Shown: positions 52,387 through 63,297, numbered from the stretch's first letter. The stretch: DNA of 64,000 bases from Terriglobia bacterium (GCA_965206645.1 CBDBKE010000004.1:1984001-2048000); one strand, 5' to 3'. Translations and numbers: made by a program. Notes: generated from the letters alone by a model not told the origin.

Positions 52387-52704
52387 ATGGCCCATGTGCC
52401 CACGAATCGGATCACCACGCATCCCGGCGCCCTGCTGCTTGAGCAGATCAGGGAGATGGGGTTGAGCGTCAACGGTGTGGCCCGGGATATCCACATCCCC
52501 GCAACGCGTCTTCATGAGATCGTTCACGAGCGACGTGGCGTAACGGCCGAGACGGCGATCGCGCTGGGCGCGTATTTCGGCCAGACCCCCGAGTTCTGGA
52601 TGAACGCGCAGACGGCCTATGAACTGTCAAAGGAACTAGTCGAGAACGGCGATGACATCCGCTCGCGTCTCCGCCGCCATGCCGAGGACCGTGCAATCAC
52701 TTAG
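52387..52704 (+). CDS. higA: HigA-family antitoxin
   Basis: THPGALL...RRGVTAETAIALGAYFGQTPEFWMNAQ. Confidence 0.92.
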   Translation: MAHVPTNRITTHPGALLLEQIREMGLSVNGVARDIHIPATRLHEIVHERRGVTAETAIALGAYFGQTPEFWMNAQTAYELSKELVENGDDIRSRLRRHAEDRAIT

Positions 52705-52713
52705 ATCAGACCC

Positions 52714-53607
52714 ATGTCCAACCAGGGAACTGATCGCACAAAGCTGACCTTCTCACAAGCGGAGGGAATCAATCCTCTTCCGAAACCTGCAGCCTTGGGT
52801 ACATTGTCCCAGGAAGCACGGGTTTCTCTTTGGAACACCACCTACCAGAGCCTCTTGACTGCGAAGAAGTCCTCAAGCGAGATATACCCACCCATAGAGG
52901 ACTGCATAACGGATCCGTGGAAAAAGATTCTGCACCACTACCACACATCCTACCTATACAAGCCGACGGATGAGTTTACTACTGATTTTGCGGTACACAA
53001 GAACGATCTAAAACATCTCTTCATGAAGGGCGAATACAACCGGGTATTCGATTTTCTCCAAGTCGTCCTCAGACATAGACCGTCCCCGTACAAATTCCGT
53101 GACGCCGTCGCATCCGTTTTGGAACATTGCATGTGTGCATATGCAGTCGTCGAGGATGGCCCCACAATTGTTCCAATGGCGCTGCCGGAACAACGGGAAT
53201 TTGTTCAAAAAGCCTTTCAGGTGTTGAAGTCCGGGCCGTTCGAAGGAGCACGGTCTCACCTTCGCAAGGCAGTCAAATGTATCAACGACGGTGATCCGGC
53301 CGGAAGCGTCCGTGAGAGCATTCACGCTGTCGAATCGGTAGCCAAGCGCCTCGACGCAGATGCGGCAACGTCATTGAAACCAGCACTCGATGCGCTGTCG
53401 CAGAAGGTAGCCCTTCATGGTGCATTCAAGAAGGGAATCGGGAATCTCTACGGCTATACCAGCAATGAAGATGGCATACGCCACGCTCTCCTTGACGAGC
53501 AGGCGAATGTCGATACAGACGACGCCGTCTTTATGTTTGGCGCTTGCACATCCTTCGCGGCCTACTTGGTCAACAAGGCGCGCAAGGTCGGGCTGCTCGA
53601 ACCATAG
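52714..53607 (+). CDS. AbiJ-like protein (AbiJ-NTD4 plus HEPN-like C-terminus)
   Basis: TFSQAEG N-terminus; SVRESIHAVES; LYGYTSNEDGIRHAL. Confidence 0.75.
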   Translation: MSNQGTDRTKLTFSQAEGINPLPKPAALGTLSQEARVSLWNTTYQSLLTAKKSSSEIYPPIEDCITDPWKKILHHYHTSYLYKPTDEFTTDFAVHKNDLKHLFMKGEYNRVFDFLQVVLRHRPSPYKFRDAVASVLEHCMCAYAVVEDGPTIVPMALPEQREFVQKAFQVLKSGPFEGARSHLRKAVKCINDGDPAGSVRESIHAVESVAKRLDADAATSLKPALDALSQKVALHGAFKKGIGNLYGYTSNEDGIRHALLDEQANVDTDDAVFMFGACTSFAAYLVNKARKVGLLEP

Positions 53608-53830
53608 GTTTCAGACGCTTGAGAGGGCCGCACCGTTGTTATTTATGAATCAGGCAGGCGTCTTCCACGGTTTTCTCCCAACTCCTTCCGTTCGTCGCAA
53701 TTACACGGTTTTGGGGCGTCCGCTTTCGCTCGCAACGCCTACGGCCTAGCCCGCTTGCTGGGCGAGTTTTCTGACGGTTTCTTGACGGTAGTTGCTGCCA
53801 CGGCCATGCTCTACGGGCTGCGCAGTACCT

Positions 53831-55198
53831 TGTCCCTGGCGAATTGCTAGTTTACGGCCTAATTCCTGGGTTTAGCGGTTCTTGCTAAGATGCTGAGATA
53901 CGCAATCTCGTTATCCTTTTAGTCCATGTCATGGCTACTCTTACCCGGTTCTTGGGTCCGGGTGGCATTCGCTCTGTGATCGCCGAGTCCGTTCTCGCCA
54001 AGCAACAACTCCTGATCCTCAATCGTTCGCGACAGCGGTCACCCAATCTACGCACTTCAGATCGCCTCGTCGCCGGCCTGTGTGCTCTCCTCATCCGACC
54101 CGCCCGCCTGATCCGCTCAGCAATCGTGCTGAAACCTTCGACTCTCTTGAACTTCCACCAGGTTATGAGGAATCGAAAATATCGCCTGCTCTTCTCCTCC
54201 AAGTACAGAGGTAAGCCCGGACCAAAGGGGCCCAACAAAGAACTCATTGAAGCCGTCGTCCAGATGAAGCAACGCAATCCCGCCTGGGGCTGTCCGCGAA
54301 TTGCTAAACAGATTGCCTTGGCTTTCGACATCCCCATCGACAAAGACGTTGTTCGAAGGATTCTCGCCAGCCACTATCGGCCGAAAAAGGACTCCGGTGG
54401 TCCATCCTGGCTGACCTTCATTGGCCACATGAAGGACAGCCTCTGGAGTATAGATCTGTTCCGGTGCGAATCGGCCACGTTGCGGACCCGCTGGGTCTTG
54501 GTCGTCATGGATCAATACACCCGCCGGATCATTGGGTTCGGCGTCCACGCCGGAACCGTCAATGGCGTCGCACTTTGCCGCATGTTCAACCGCGCCATTC
54601 GATGGCTACCCTGTATGCCCAACTACCTCAGCTCCGACCATGATCCCCTGTATCGGTTTGGGCAGTGGCAAGCCAATCTGCGGATCCTGGAAGTGACCGA
54701 AATCAAAACCGTCCCCTATGTTCCCCTGTCCCATCCCTTTGTGGAACGGTTGATCGGCACGATTCGACGCGAGTATTTGGATCGCACGTTGTTCTGGACG
54801 ACGGCGGACCTGGAGAACAAGCTGCTCGATTTCAGGACATATTTCAATGCGTATCGCTCGCACACTGGACTGGAGGGGAGAACGCCTGATCCAGTCACGC
54901 CTATACCACGACCAGTCGCCAGGCTCCATTCCTATGGATGGCAACGCCACTGCAGAGGCCTCTATCACACCCCAATGACTGCCTGATTCTCCAAAGACTG
55001 GTGCTCCCTGTGTAACCGGCGGACATCGGTAGGCGGGCACTTCCTACGAAACCATTCGCTGTTTGAGCTTGTCAACGCGGAGCGGTTGTCTGATCTGATT
55101 GTTTCGCTGCTACCGAGGGTACTCCGCCAGTGTGCACTCGCCTCACTGGGGCAGCGGTCACGGGTAGAATCGCTCAACATATCAATTCGCAATGGACA
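53831..55198 (+). mobile_element. IS481-like element, copy 2
   Basis: 1368 bp; inverted, diverged copy of 30492-31859. Confidence 0.85.
53931..54986 (+). CDS. Integrase-core-domain transposase (original ATG appears mutated to ATA at 53898)
   Basis: Aligns with 30704..31792. Confidence 0.82.
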   Translation: MATLTRFLGPGGIRSVIAESVLAKQQLLILNRSRQRSPNLRTSDRLVAGLCALLIRPARLIRSAIVLKPSTLLNFHQVMRNRKYRLLFSSKYRGKPGPKGPNKELIEAVVQMKQRNPAWGCPRIAKQIALAFDIPIDKDVVRRILASHYRPKKDSGGPSWLTFIGHMKDSLWSIDLFRCESATLRTRWVLVVMDQYTRRIIGFGVHAGTVNGVALCRMFNRAIRWLPCMPNYLSSDHDPLYRFGQWQANLRILEVTEIKTVPYVPLSHPFVERLIGTIRREYLDRTLFWTTADLENKLLDFRTYFNAYRSHTGLEGRTPDPVTPIPRPVARLHSYGWQRHCRGLYHTPMTA

Positions 55199-55365
55199 GG
55201 CTACCTCTCCTCTTCTCCTTTCACTCTCTCCCTTCTTTTCCATAGCTTTACACCCATTCAGGGACTCTGCTTTCGCTCAGCACATAACCCTTTTGGGCTG
55301 TTTGACTTGCATTTCTGACACATTTTCGGCACAGCAGGAGTGAAAGAGCCCTCCGGTCAAAATAT

Positions 55366-56580
55366 CTACGGAGCTTTCTCCGGAAATAATCCGGGCATCC
55401 ACCGCCAGGCTAGCGTTGCGGGGAACGTGAGGCGTAGTGGCGCGCGAGGGCTTTCGGAAACCAGCACTCCCTTATCCACCAGAGCCGAGACAATGCGGCG
55501 GGCTTGCCGCTCACCTGTGCCGACAACAGTGGCGGCGTCTCCGCGGGGCAGTTCCCCGCGGTAGAGGACTGCTTCCAGAATACTGCCGGATTTTAGAGGT
55601 AGGCTTCCCAGCCTGATTTCCTCTTCCGCCCACAACAGAATTCGGGTGCGGAGGCGGTCTGGCTGAACCAAGCCCTCCATGAAGGATACTTGGTCAATGC
55701 AGACGCTTAGAAAGAACCGAGTAAACTCAGCAATGGCTTCTTCACTTAAGGTGCCTCGCCCGTCCAGATCGTTGCGGCGTGTCAGATCGCAGTTGGCAAG
55801 ATGGGTTTTGTACTGCTCGACGTTGCGGGCAAGACCTCGTGCGACTGACCAGACCGCACCGGTATCAAGCAGCTCCAGCAACATACTATGCGACATCAGC
55901 CGCGCCACTCGGCCATTGCCATCCAGGAACGGGTGAATCCATAGCAGCCGATGGTGGGCCGCCGCCGTTGAGATAACCAACTCGGTCCTGCCGATACTCC
56001 CGTAAATCTCCTCGAAGCGTTTCAGAAAGCGCGGTACGGCGCCGGGGCTGATGGCGAGATGGCCTCCTACCCGAATGTCACGCTTCCTCAACTCACCCCG
56101 TACAAGGCGGATGCGCTCGTTGGTAACCGGTTCTTCGACCCAGAGGAGATCCTCGGGCAGCAACTCGCAAAAACGACGGTGGATTTCACATATCCCTTCG
56201 GCTCTGATGGAGTGGCCCCTTCGCAGGCCACCAGCATCGATCCATTGCTGAACGGAGATATGCGCCTTGGCTTCGAACTGCAGGTTGCGTTTGCGGGCAT
56301 CCTGGCTGTACTCGTTTTTGAGCGCCCTTTCGATTTCCACCGGATGCGTGTCATGTCCCTCAATGAGGTTGGAATAGTAACAGTTCATGGCCCGCACCAA
56401 ATCGGCGAGCGAGGCCAACAAACTTGGGGGCAGACTCCGACGAAAACCAGCGGTTTTCTGTGTGAGATCGAATGCGAGGTCGGTAATCGCCCCCCGGTGC
56501 CGGGAGCCCTGGCTGATCAGCAGAGGCTCCATAAGGGAGACGATCTCGCCTCGATCTTCCAGTTCTATGTCCGCTATCAT
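55366..56580 (-). CDS. Fic-family protein
   Basis: HPFLDGNGRVAR; SNLIEG inhibitory-type motif. Confidence 0.92.
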   Translation of the reverse strand: MIADIELEDRGEIVSLMEPLLISQGSRHRGAITDLAFDLTQKTAGFRRSLPPSLLASLADLVRAMNCYYSNLIEGHDTHPVEIERALKNEYSQDARKRNLQFEAKAHISVQQWIDAGGLRRGHSIRAEGICEIHRRFCELLPEDLLWVEEPVTNERIRLVRGELRKRDIRVGGHLAISPGAVPRFLKRFEEIYGSIGRTELVISTAAAHHRLLWIHPFLDGNGRVARLMSHSMLLELLDTGAVWSVARGLARNVEQYKTHLANCDLTRRNDLDGRGTLSEEAIAEFTRFFLSVCIDQVSFMEGLVQPDRLRTRILLWAEEEIRLGSLPLKSGSILEAVLYRGELPRGDAATVVGTGERQARRIVSALVDKGVLVSESPRAPLRLTFPATLAWRWMPGLFPEKAP

Positions 56581-56867
56581 AACCGCCTCTCTTGCCGATA
56601 CAAGACATTATATAACAGATAGATAATGAGTCAATAGCGGCTATATTAGACCACTGGAATGTCCGCAACGATGTCCGCATGATATTGTGATCCACTAGCC
56701 AGCAGCAATGTCTAGGCAGTTCCTTATCACCTTAGAAATCCCCGGCCGGGTCAAGAGCATCATCTGGGAGAGTTGTGACCAGACCGATTTTTTGTACCAA
56801 CCGTAGTGAGAGTTCACATCGCAGCCTGGGGCTGTGAAACTGGTTTCAGTGGCAGGGGAGGGCTATA

Positions 56868-58261
56868 GAGTCTGTGTGAAAACCGCTCTTGCGAGTCACG
56901 TATAATGCGCCTTAAGGGGGCGCGATGAAATTCTTGACCTACAACCCGGAGCAAGCGTATCTGCTACCGCCCAGCGTGCGGGAGGTGCTGGGAGAAGATC
57001 ACATCTGTTTTTTTGTGCACCAAGTCGTGGAGCGGCTGGAACTGAGTGCGTTTGAGCAGGGCTACGTGGAAGAAGGCCGCCCGGCCTATCATCCGGCGCT
57101 GTTGCTGAAGGTGTGGCTGTATGCCTACGCGCTGGGCGTGACCTCGGCCCGCCGTCTGGAACAGCGGGTGCGGGAGGACCTGGCGTTCCGTTATCTGGCG
57201 GCCGGAGCGGGGCCGGACTTTTGGACGCTGAACCAGTTTCGGACGCGGCACGCCCGTGCCCTGAACGATCTGTTCACACAGGTGGTGGAGTTGGCGCGGT
57301 CGCTGGGGATGGGGCGGCTGGGACACGTGGCCATGGACTCGACGCGGGTGGCGGCCAACGCCTCGCAGGACCGGGTGGAGACGGTGGCCAAGTTGAGGGC
57401 AGAGCGAGCCAAAATTCGGCGGCAGATTCGTCGCTGGCAGAAACAATGTGACACGCAGTCCTGCGAGGAAGCGGCTGGCCAGCAACTGAGCGGCAAGCAG
57501 ATGGCAGCGCTGGAGAAGCGGCTGGAAGAAATCCCGCGATGCCTGGAGCGGTTGCGCAAAAGCGGGCTGAAGCGGCGTTCGGAAACCGATCCCGACAGCC
57601 GGTTTTTGCGCGACCGCAAGGGATTCACGCTGGGTTACACGGCGGAGGTGGCGGTCAGCGAAGATCATCTGATTGTCGAGCAGCACGTGGGGCAAAACGC
57701 CACCGACAACGCGACGCTGGTCCCTCTGGTGGAGGCGGTCGAGCGGCGCTGCCGGGAACGCCCGCAGAAGGTCAGCGCCGACAGCGGCTTCTTTTGCTTG
57801 GAGACCATCGTGGAACTGGCCCAGCGTGGCCTGGACGTCTATGTGCCCGACTCGAACTTGGCGCGGGAACTGAACCGAGGCCAACGCGCGCCCGGAGCAC
57901 CTGCTGTACGGCATCCGGAACATCGGCGAATGCGACGCAAGCTGCGCGACCCGGCCGGCCGGGCGGTTTATCAGCGGCGCAAGGCGATCGTGGAACCAGT
58001 GATCGGGGTTTTGAAAGAACAGCGTGGAATGCGGCAGTTCCGGCGGCGGGGCCTGGAGAAGGTCGCGGTGGAGTTCGCGCTGGCCGCAACGGCCTTCAAC
58101 CTCACCCGCCTGTGGCGCAACAAACCGAAGCTAAATCAGGAAGGCTAGTTCAGCAGACTCCCGGACCGGCGACTCGGCGAAGATCGAAACACCAGAATTC
58201 TGGAGCGAATCATGATCCCTTTTGATTTCCAGCCAGCTAAACCGAGTTTCCACACAGGCTC
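56868..58261 (+). mobile_element. IS1182-family element with TATA TSD
   Basis: IRs GAGTCTGTGTGAAAAC / GTTTCCACACAGGCTC; TATA on both sides. Confidence 0.9.
56925..58148 (+). CDS. IS1182-family transposase
   Basis: GRPAYHP.LLLKVWLYAY, PDFWTL..FR, SETDPDS, ADSGF, YQRRKAIVEPV.G. Confidence 0.92.
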   Translation: MKFLTYNPEQAYLLPPSVREVLGEDHICFFVHQVVERLELSAFEQGYVEEGRPAYHPALLLKVWLYAYALGVTSARRLEQRVREDLAFRYLAAGAGPDFWTLNQFRTRHARALNDLFTQVVELARSLGMGRLGHVAMDSTRVAANASQDRVETVAKLRAERAKIRRQIRRWQKQCDTQSCEEAAGQQLSGKQMAALEKRLEEIPRCLERLRKSGLKRRSETDPDSRFLRDRKGFTLGYTAEVAVSEDHLIVEQHVGQNATDNATLVPLVEAVERRCRERPQKVSADSGFFCLETIVELAQRGLDVYVPDSNLARELNRGQRAPGAPAVRHPEHRRMRRKLRDPAGRAVYQRRKAIVEPVIGVLKEQRGMRQFRRRGLEKVAVEFALAATAFNLTRLWRNKPKLNQEG

Positions 58262-59423
58262 TATAGGCCCCCGGCGCCGGGGGCCTATAGGCGAGCGCCG
58301 AGTGCGGCCGCACCGTGTTGTATTGCACCCTCCACTGTTCAATCACCACCTGTGCCTCCTTCAACGAGTAGAAGATCTCTCCATTCAGGCATTCGTCCCG
58401 CAGCTTCCCATTGAAACTCTCGCAGTACCCGTTCTCCCAGGGACTGCCCGGTTCGATGTACAGTGTCCCGGTCCCTAGATTTGCCAACCACTGGCGCAGT
58501 TGTTTAGCGATGAACTCGGGACCATTGTCGGATCGAATCTGTTCCGGTATCCCTCGCCACAACATCACGTCCGACAACGCCTCAATGATTTGTTGGCTGC
58601 CCATCCTCCGCTCCACCCGGATCGCCAGGCATTCCCGCGTGTACTCATCCAGCAAGGTCAGCAGCCGCAGCGTTCTCCCCTCGTGCGTTCTGGCACTCAT
58701 GAAGTCGTAGCTCCACACGTGGTTCGGTCGCTCCGGCCTCAGTCGTACACAGGAACCGTCGTTCAGCCACAGCCGTCCTCGCGGCCTTTGTTTTTGCGGC
58801 ACTTTCAGCCCTTCCCGCCGCCAAATCCGCTGCACCCGGTCCTTGCCCACTTCCCAGCCCGCACTCCGCAGCAACGCTGTGATCCTCCGGTAGCCATATC
58901 GCCCGTAGTTCGCTCCCAGGGCAATGATCGCTCGGGTCAGAGCATCCTCGTCCACCCGATGAATCGGCTCGTATCGTTGTGTCCCTCGCCATTGCCCCAG
59001 CAGCCGGCAGGCATGCCGTTCCGACAACCCGTGTTGCTCCCACGCACGCTCCACCGCACAACGCCGCCGCTCAGGGCTCAGAAGTTTCCCTGTGCCACAT
59101 CCCGCAGTACCTGCTTCTCCAGAGAAAGCTCCGCTACCAACCGCTTCAGCCGCGTGTTTTCCTTCCCCAACTCCTTCAGCCGTTTTGCCTGCACCACCTT
59201 CAGCCCGCCGTATTCCTTCCGCCACCGGTAGTAGGTTTGGGTGTGGATTCCAGCTTCTTTGCAGGCTTGGGGCGCAGTCTTCCCGTTCCCCATCTGCACT
59301 TCTATCTGCCGTAGCACCGCTACAATCTGCTCCGGCTTGTAACTCCTTGTCGGCATGACCTCACTTCCTCCTCAAGTGGATTCTCTCTCTTTCCACTTGG
59401 TACAAAAAGTGCCGGTCAGGTCA

Positions 59424-60342
59424 AGATGACTCGCTCCTCAGTCCCAGCCAGCTTGCCACCGTAAGGCGGCACGCCGACAGGTTGTTGCGCGACGCATCAG
59501 CCCATGGCCGGTTTCCGACGCCGATTGATGACCTGATGGACGCGGCGAAGCTGACCATTGTGGACGACGAGGTGCTGAACAAAAGCCTGCTGCGTCAATT
59601 TGTCAGAAAAGCGAAATTCGGCGTCGCGACGGTCAAATCTGCGTTGAGCAAGGTATTGGGGCTCTTCGAGTCTCATGACCGACTCGTCGTCATCGACAAG
59701 AACACTCCCAAGCCCCGCAAACCCTTCATTAAACTGCATGAAGCCGGCCATGGCTCACTGCCGCACCAGTCCAAGGTCTACCGTCTGATTCACGACTGTG
59801 AAAAGACGCTCGACGCCGAAATCACCGACCTGTTCGAGAGAGAGGCGAATGTCTTCGCGTCGGAGGCCTTGTTTCAGGGCGAAGTCTTCGCCAAGAAAGC
59901 CCAGGAGTTAAACTTCGGCATCAAGACTCCCATAGCGCTTGCACGCAAATTCGGTGCTTCCAACTACGCGACCTTCCGCCGCTTCGTCACCACGAATCCC
60001 TGCGCCTGTTGTGTCGTCGTTCTGGAGCCGCCAGGCTATGACTCCGAGGGCGAATTGAGCGCCGACGTACGGCGCGTCGTTATGTCCAAATCCTTCGCGA
60101 CGATATACGACGACAAGAGGCTCTGCGCCACCGTGACCGAGGACCACCCGCTCGTGCCGGTTGTCTCCGTCAACGGGCGTCGCATGACTTTTGAACAGGA
60201 GATCCTGCTAATGGACCGTAACCACGAGGAAAGGGTCTGTATCGCCGAAGCCTTCAATACCACTCACCAGACACTGGTTCTCATCCGAGACACAGGGTTC
60301 CGGAGGCGGGCCGGCATCGTTATTCCACAGGTCGCTTTTTAG
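59424..60342 (+). CDS. ImmA/IrrE-family metallopeptidase, start removed by IS3
   Basis: LHEAGH and EREANVFASE; frame is open back to the IS end. Confidence 0.82.
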
Positions 60343-60399
60343 TTGCTTGGTACAGCACGGGTTTCGTTCCTTCGTTTCCTCTTCCTTGTCTAGGATCCA

Positions 60400-60570
60400 T
60401 CCGCCTGGAGATGGGAATACCCACTCCGATCGGATCGAGTGTTCTCCGACCTCAACCAGAGTCTCCAGCGCCCAGGCCGACAATGGCACCCTGCACTCCC
60501 GCTTGTGCTCCATCCGTTCCACCGAAACTCTCCACTTTCTGGACTCCAGGTCGATGTCGGCTCGACTCCG
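60400..60570 (-). pseudogene. Tyrosine integrase fragment
   Basis: DIDLESRKW...RMEHKRECRVPLS...WVFPSP.G. Confidence 0.6.
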
Positions 60571-60612
60571 CGGCGTTAAGTTGACATTCTTATGACTGAA
60601 GGGCGAATCATC

Positions 60613-60846
60613 ATGAGCGACCAAGACGCGTTCGAGCGCATCCTGGCGTCGTTGTACGACGCCAGGATGGAGGATACCCGCTGGCCGGCCACCTCGGCCC
60701 TGATTGACGAGGCCTGCGGCCTGACGGGCAATGCCCTCCTGGTCGGCGAAGGCCCGAAGAACGATATCCGGGTCCTCTTCGTCGGGCTCTACTACCGGGG
60801 GCAGCGCCGCACCGATCTGGAGCGTGAGTACCTCAAAGTCTACCAT
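60613..60846 (+). pseudogene. Regulator N-terminal fragment (LuxR-type sensor-like) truncated by IS3
   Basis: MSDQDAFERILASLYDA...WPATSALIDEACG. Confidence 0.55.
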
Positions 60847-62096
60847 TGACCTGACCGGCACTTTTTGTACCAAGTGGAAAGAGAGAGAATCCACTTGAGG
60901 AGGAAGTGAGGTCATGCCGACAAGGAGTTACAAGCCGGAGCAGATTGTAGCGGTGCTACGGCAGATAGAAGTGCAGATGGGGAACGGGAAGACTGCGCCC
61001 CAAGCCTGCAAAGAAGCTGGAATCCACACCCAAACCTACTACCGGTGGCGGAAGGAATACGGCGGGCTGAAGGTGGTGCAGGCAAAACGGCTAAAGGAGT
61101 TGGAGAAGGAAAACACGCGGCTGAAGCGGTTGGTAGCGGAGCTTTCTCTGGAGAAGCAGGTGCTGCGGGATGTGGCACAGGGAAACTTCTGAGCCCTGAG
61201 CGGCGGCGTTGTGCGGTGGAGCGTGCGTGGGAGCAACACGGGTTGTCGGAACGGCATGCCTGCCGGCTGCTGGGGCAATGGCGAGGGACACAACGATACG
61301 AGCCGATTCATCGGGTGGACGAGGATGCTCTGACCCGAGCGATCATTGCCCTGGGAGCGAACTACGGGCGATATGGCTACCGGAGGATCACAGCGTTGCT
61401 GCGGAGTGCGGGCTGGGAAGTGGGCAAGGACCGGGTGCAGCGGATTTGGCGGCGGGAAGGGCTGAAAGTGCCGCAAAAACAAAGGCCGCGAGGACGGCTG
61501 TGGCTGAACGACGGTTCCTGTGTACGACTGAGGCCGGAGCGACCGAACCACGTGTGGAGCTACGACTTCATGAGTGCCAGAACGTACGAGGGGAGAACGC
61601 TGCGGCTGCTGACCTTGCTGGATGAGTACACGCGGGAATGCCTGGCGATCCGGGTGGAGCGGAGGATGGGCAGCCAACAAATCATTGAGGCGTTGTCGGA
61701 CGTGATGTTGTGGCGAGGGATACCGGAACAGATTCGATCCGACAATGGTCCCGAGTTCATCGCCAAACAACTGCGCCAGTGGTTGGCAAATCTAGGGACC
61801 GGGACACTGTACATCGAACCGGGCAGTCCCTGGGAGAACGGGTACTGCGAGAGTTTCAATGGGAAGCTGCGGGACGAATGCCTGAATGGAGAGATCTTCT
61901 ACTCGTTGAAGGAGGCACAGGTGGTGATTGAACAGTGGAGGGTGCAATACAACACGGTGCGGCCGCACTCGGCGCTCGGCTATAGGCCCCCGGCGCCGGG
62001 GGCCTATAGCCCTCCCCTGCCACTGAAACCAGTTTCACAGCCCCAGGCTGCGATGTAAACTCTCACTACGGTTGGTACAAAAAATCGGTCTGGTCA
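60847..62096 (+). mobile_element. IS3 type A, complete, 1250 bp
   Basis: Both IRs; orfA 60914..61192, orfB to 62058. Confidence 0.95.
60914..62058 (+). CDS. IS3 transposase OrfAB
   Basis: As other copies. Confidence 0.9.
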
Positions 62097-62147
62097 CTAT
62101 CTGCCCCTCGATTATTCCTATTGGAGAGCGAAGGAGGCGGGCAGATT

Positions 62148-63113
62148 ATGAGCGCCGCGAGTGGCCTGGAACACCTGAAACCATTTCTACCGGGCTTAGA
62201 GAGCGCTCTGGAAGATTCCGAAGTCAGCGAGATCATGATTAACGGCCCCGGCAATGTCTGGGTCGAGCGGGCCGGGCGGTTGACGGCACATGACGCGCCG
62301 GACCTGGACGAATCGGCCCTCCTACGGGCAGCCATCCACATCGCGCGTCCGTTGGGCCTGGACCCGGCGAGCTCGCCGATTGTCGATGCGCGCCTGGACG
62401 ACGGCTCGCGGGTTGCCATCTGTGTTCCGCCCGCGAGCCCCACGGTGGCGATCACCATGCGGCGCTTTGGCAAGCGGGCGTTCTCGGCGGATGATCTCGT
62501 GAAGCAAGGCGCACTCTCTGAAAACGTACGGGCGGAAGCCGAGCGGGTGTTGCGCTCCCGGCGCAACATCCTGGTTTCAGGCGGCACCGGATCGGGCAAG
62601 ACCACCCTGCTTAACGCACTTATTGAATTGCTTCCCGACGACGAGCGCATCGTCGCCATCGAGGACACCCTGGAGCTTCGCATTGAGCGCTCGAATTGCG
62701 TCCGCTTCGAGGCTCGGGGGATCGACAGCGGCTCGGTGACGATCCGCGATCTTGTGCGCCATGCGCTGCGTCACCGCCCGGATCACATCGTGGTGGGCGA
62801 GGTGCGCGGCGGGGAGGCGGCGGACCTGCTGCAAGCCTTGAACACCGGACACGGCGGCTCCCTCACCACCGTACACGCCAACAACGCCGAGTCGGCCTTG
62901 TCGCGCATCGCCAGTTGCGCCATGCAGGGCGGCGGTGAGCTTCCCTGGGAAGTCACCTGCCGGGGCGTGGTGGACGGCATCGCTATGGTGATTCACATGA
63001 CCCGCCGAGAGGGACGTCGGTTCGTGGAGGAAGCGCTGCTCGTCCAGGGCTATGACGCGCCACAGAACCACTGGATCATCAAGCCGATCTGGAGGGAACA
63101 CGATGACGGATGA
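62148..63113 (+). CDS. VirB11/TrbB/CpaF-family secretion ATPase
   Basis: SEIMING, SGGTGSGKTT, IEDTLEL, RPDHIVVGEVRG.EA, NTGHGG..TTVHAN. Confidence 0.92.
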   Translation: MSAASGLEHLKPFLPGLESALEDSEVSEIMINGPGNVWVERAGRLTAHDAPDLDESALLRAAIHIARPLGLDPASSPIVDARLDDGSRVAICVPPASPTVAITMRRFGKRAFSADDLVKQGALSENVRAEAERVLRSRRNILVSGGTGSGKTTLLNALIELLPDDERIVAIEDTLELRIERSNCVRFEARGIDSGSVTIRDLVRHALRHRPDHIVVGEVRGGEAADLLQALNTGHGGSLTTVHANNAESALSRIASCAMQGGGELPWEVTCRGVVDGIAMVIHMTRREGRRFVEEALLVQGYDAPQNHWIIKPIWREHDDG

Positions 63114-63297
63114 AGACTCTCGAGGACTTCGACCGGGAGCTCGGCCGGGGCGGTGAGGAGACGCTGGAAGTCCCGGCCTGGATCGCCGAACAATACGGCG
63201 TCTTTCCCGAAGACGCAGGCCGCCGGACTCGCCGATCCGGGACGGAAGGTGGATCTGAAGGAGCGCTCGGTCCGGCGTGGAGAGTAGGGAGGGAAAG

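Larger units (their letters stand above)
56776..59423 (-). mobile_element. IS3 type A interrupted by IS1182
   Basis: Both IRs; orfA 59078..59356; orfB 3' end interrupted at 58261. Confidence 0.93.

Noticed and set aside
30492-55198. 22-kb composite transposon or inversion bounded by the inverted IS481-like copies
   Set aside because: The copies are visibly diverged and no direct or reciprocal TSD pairing was found.
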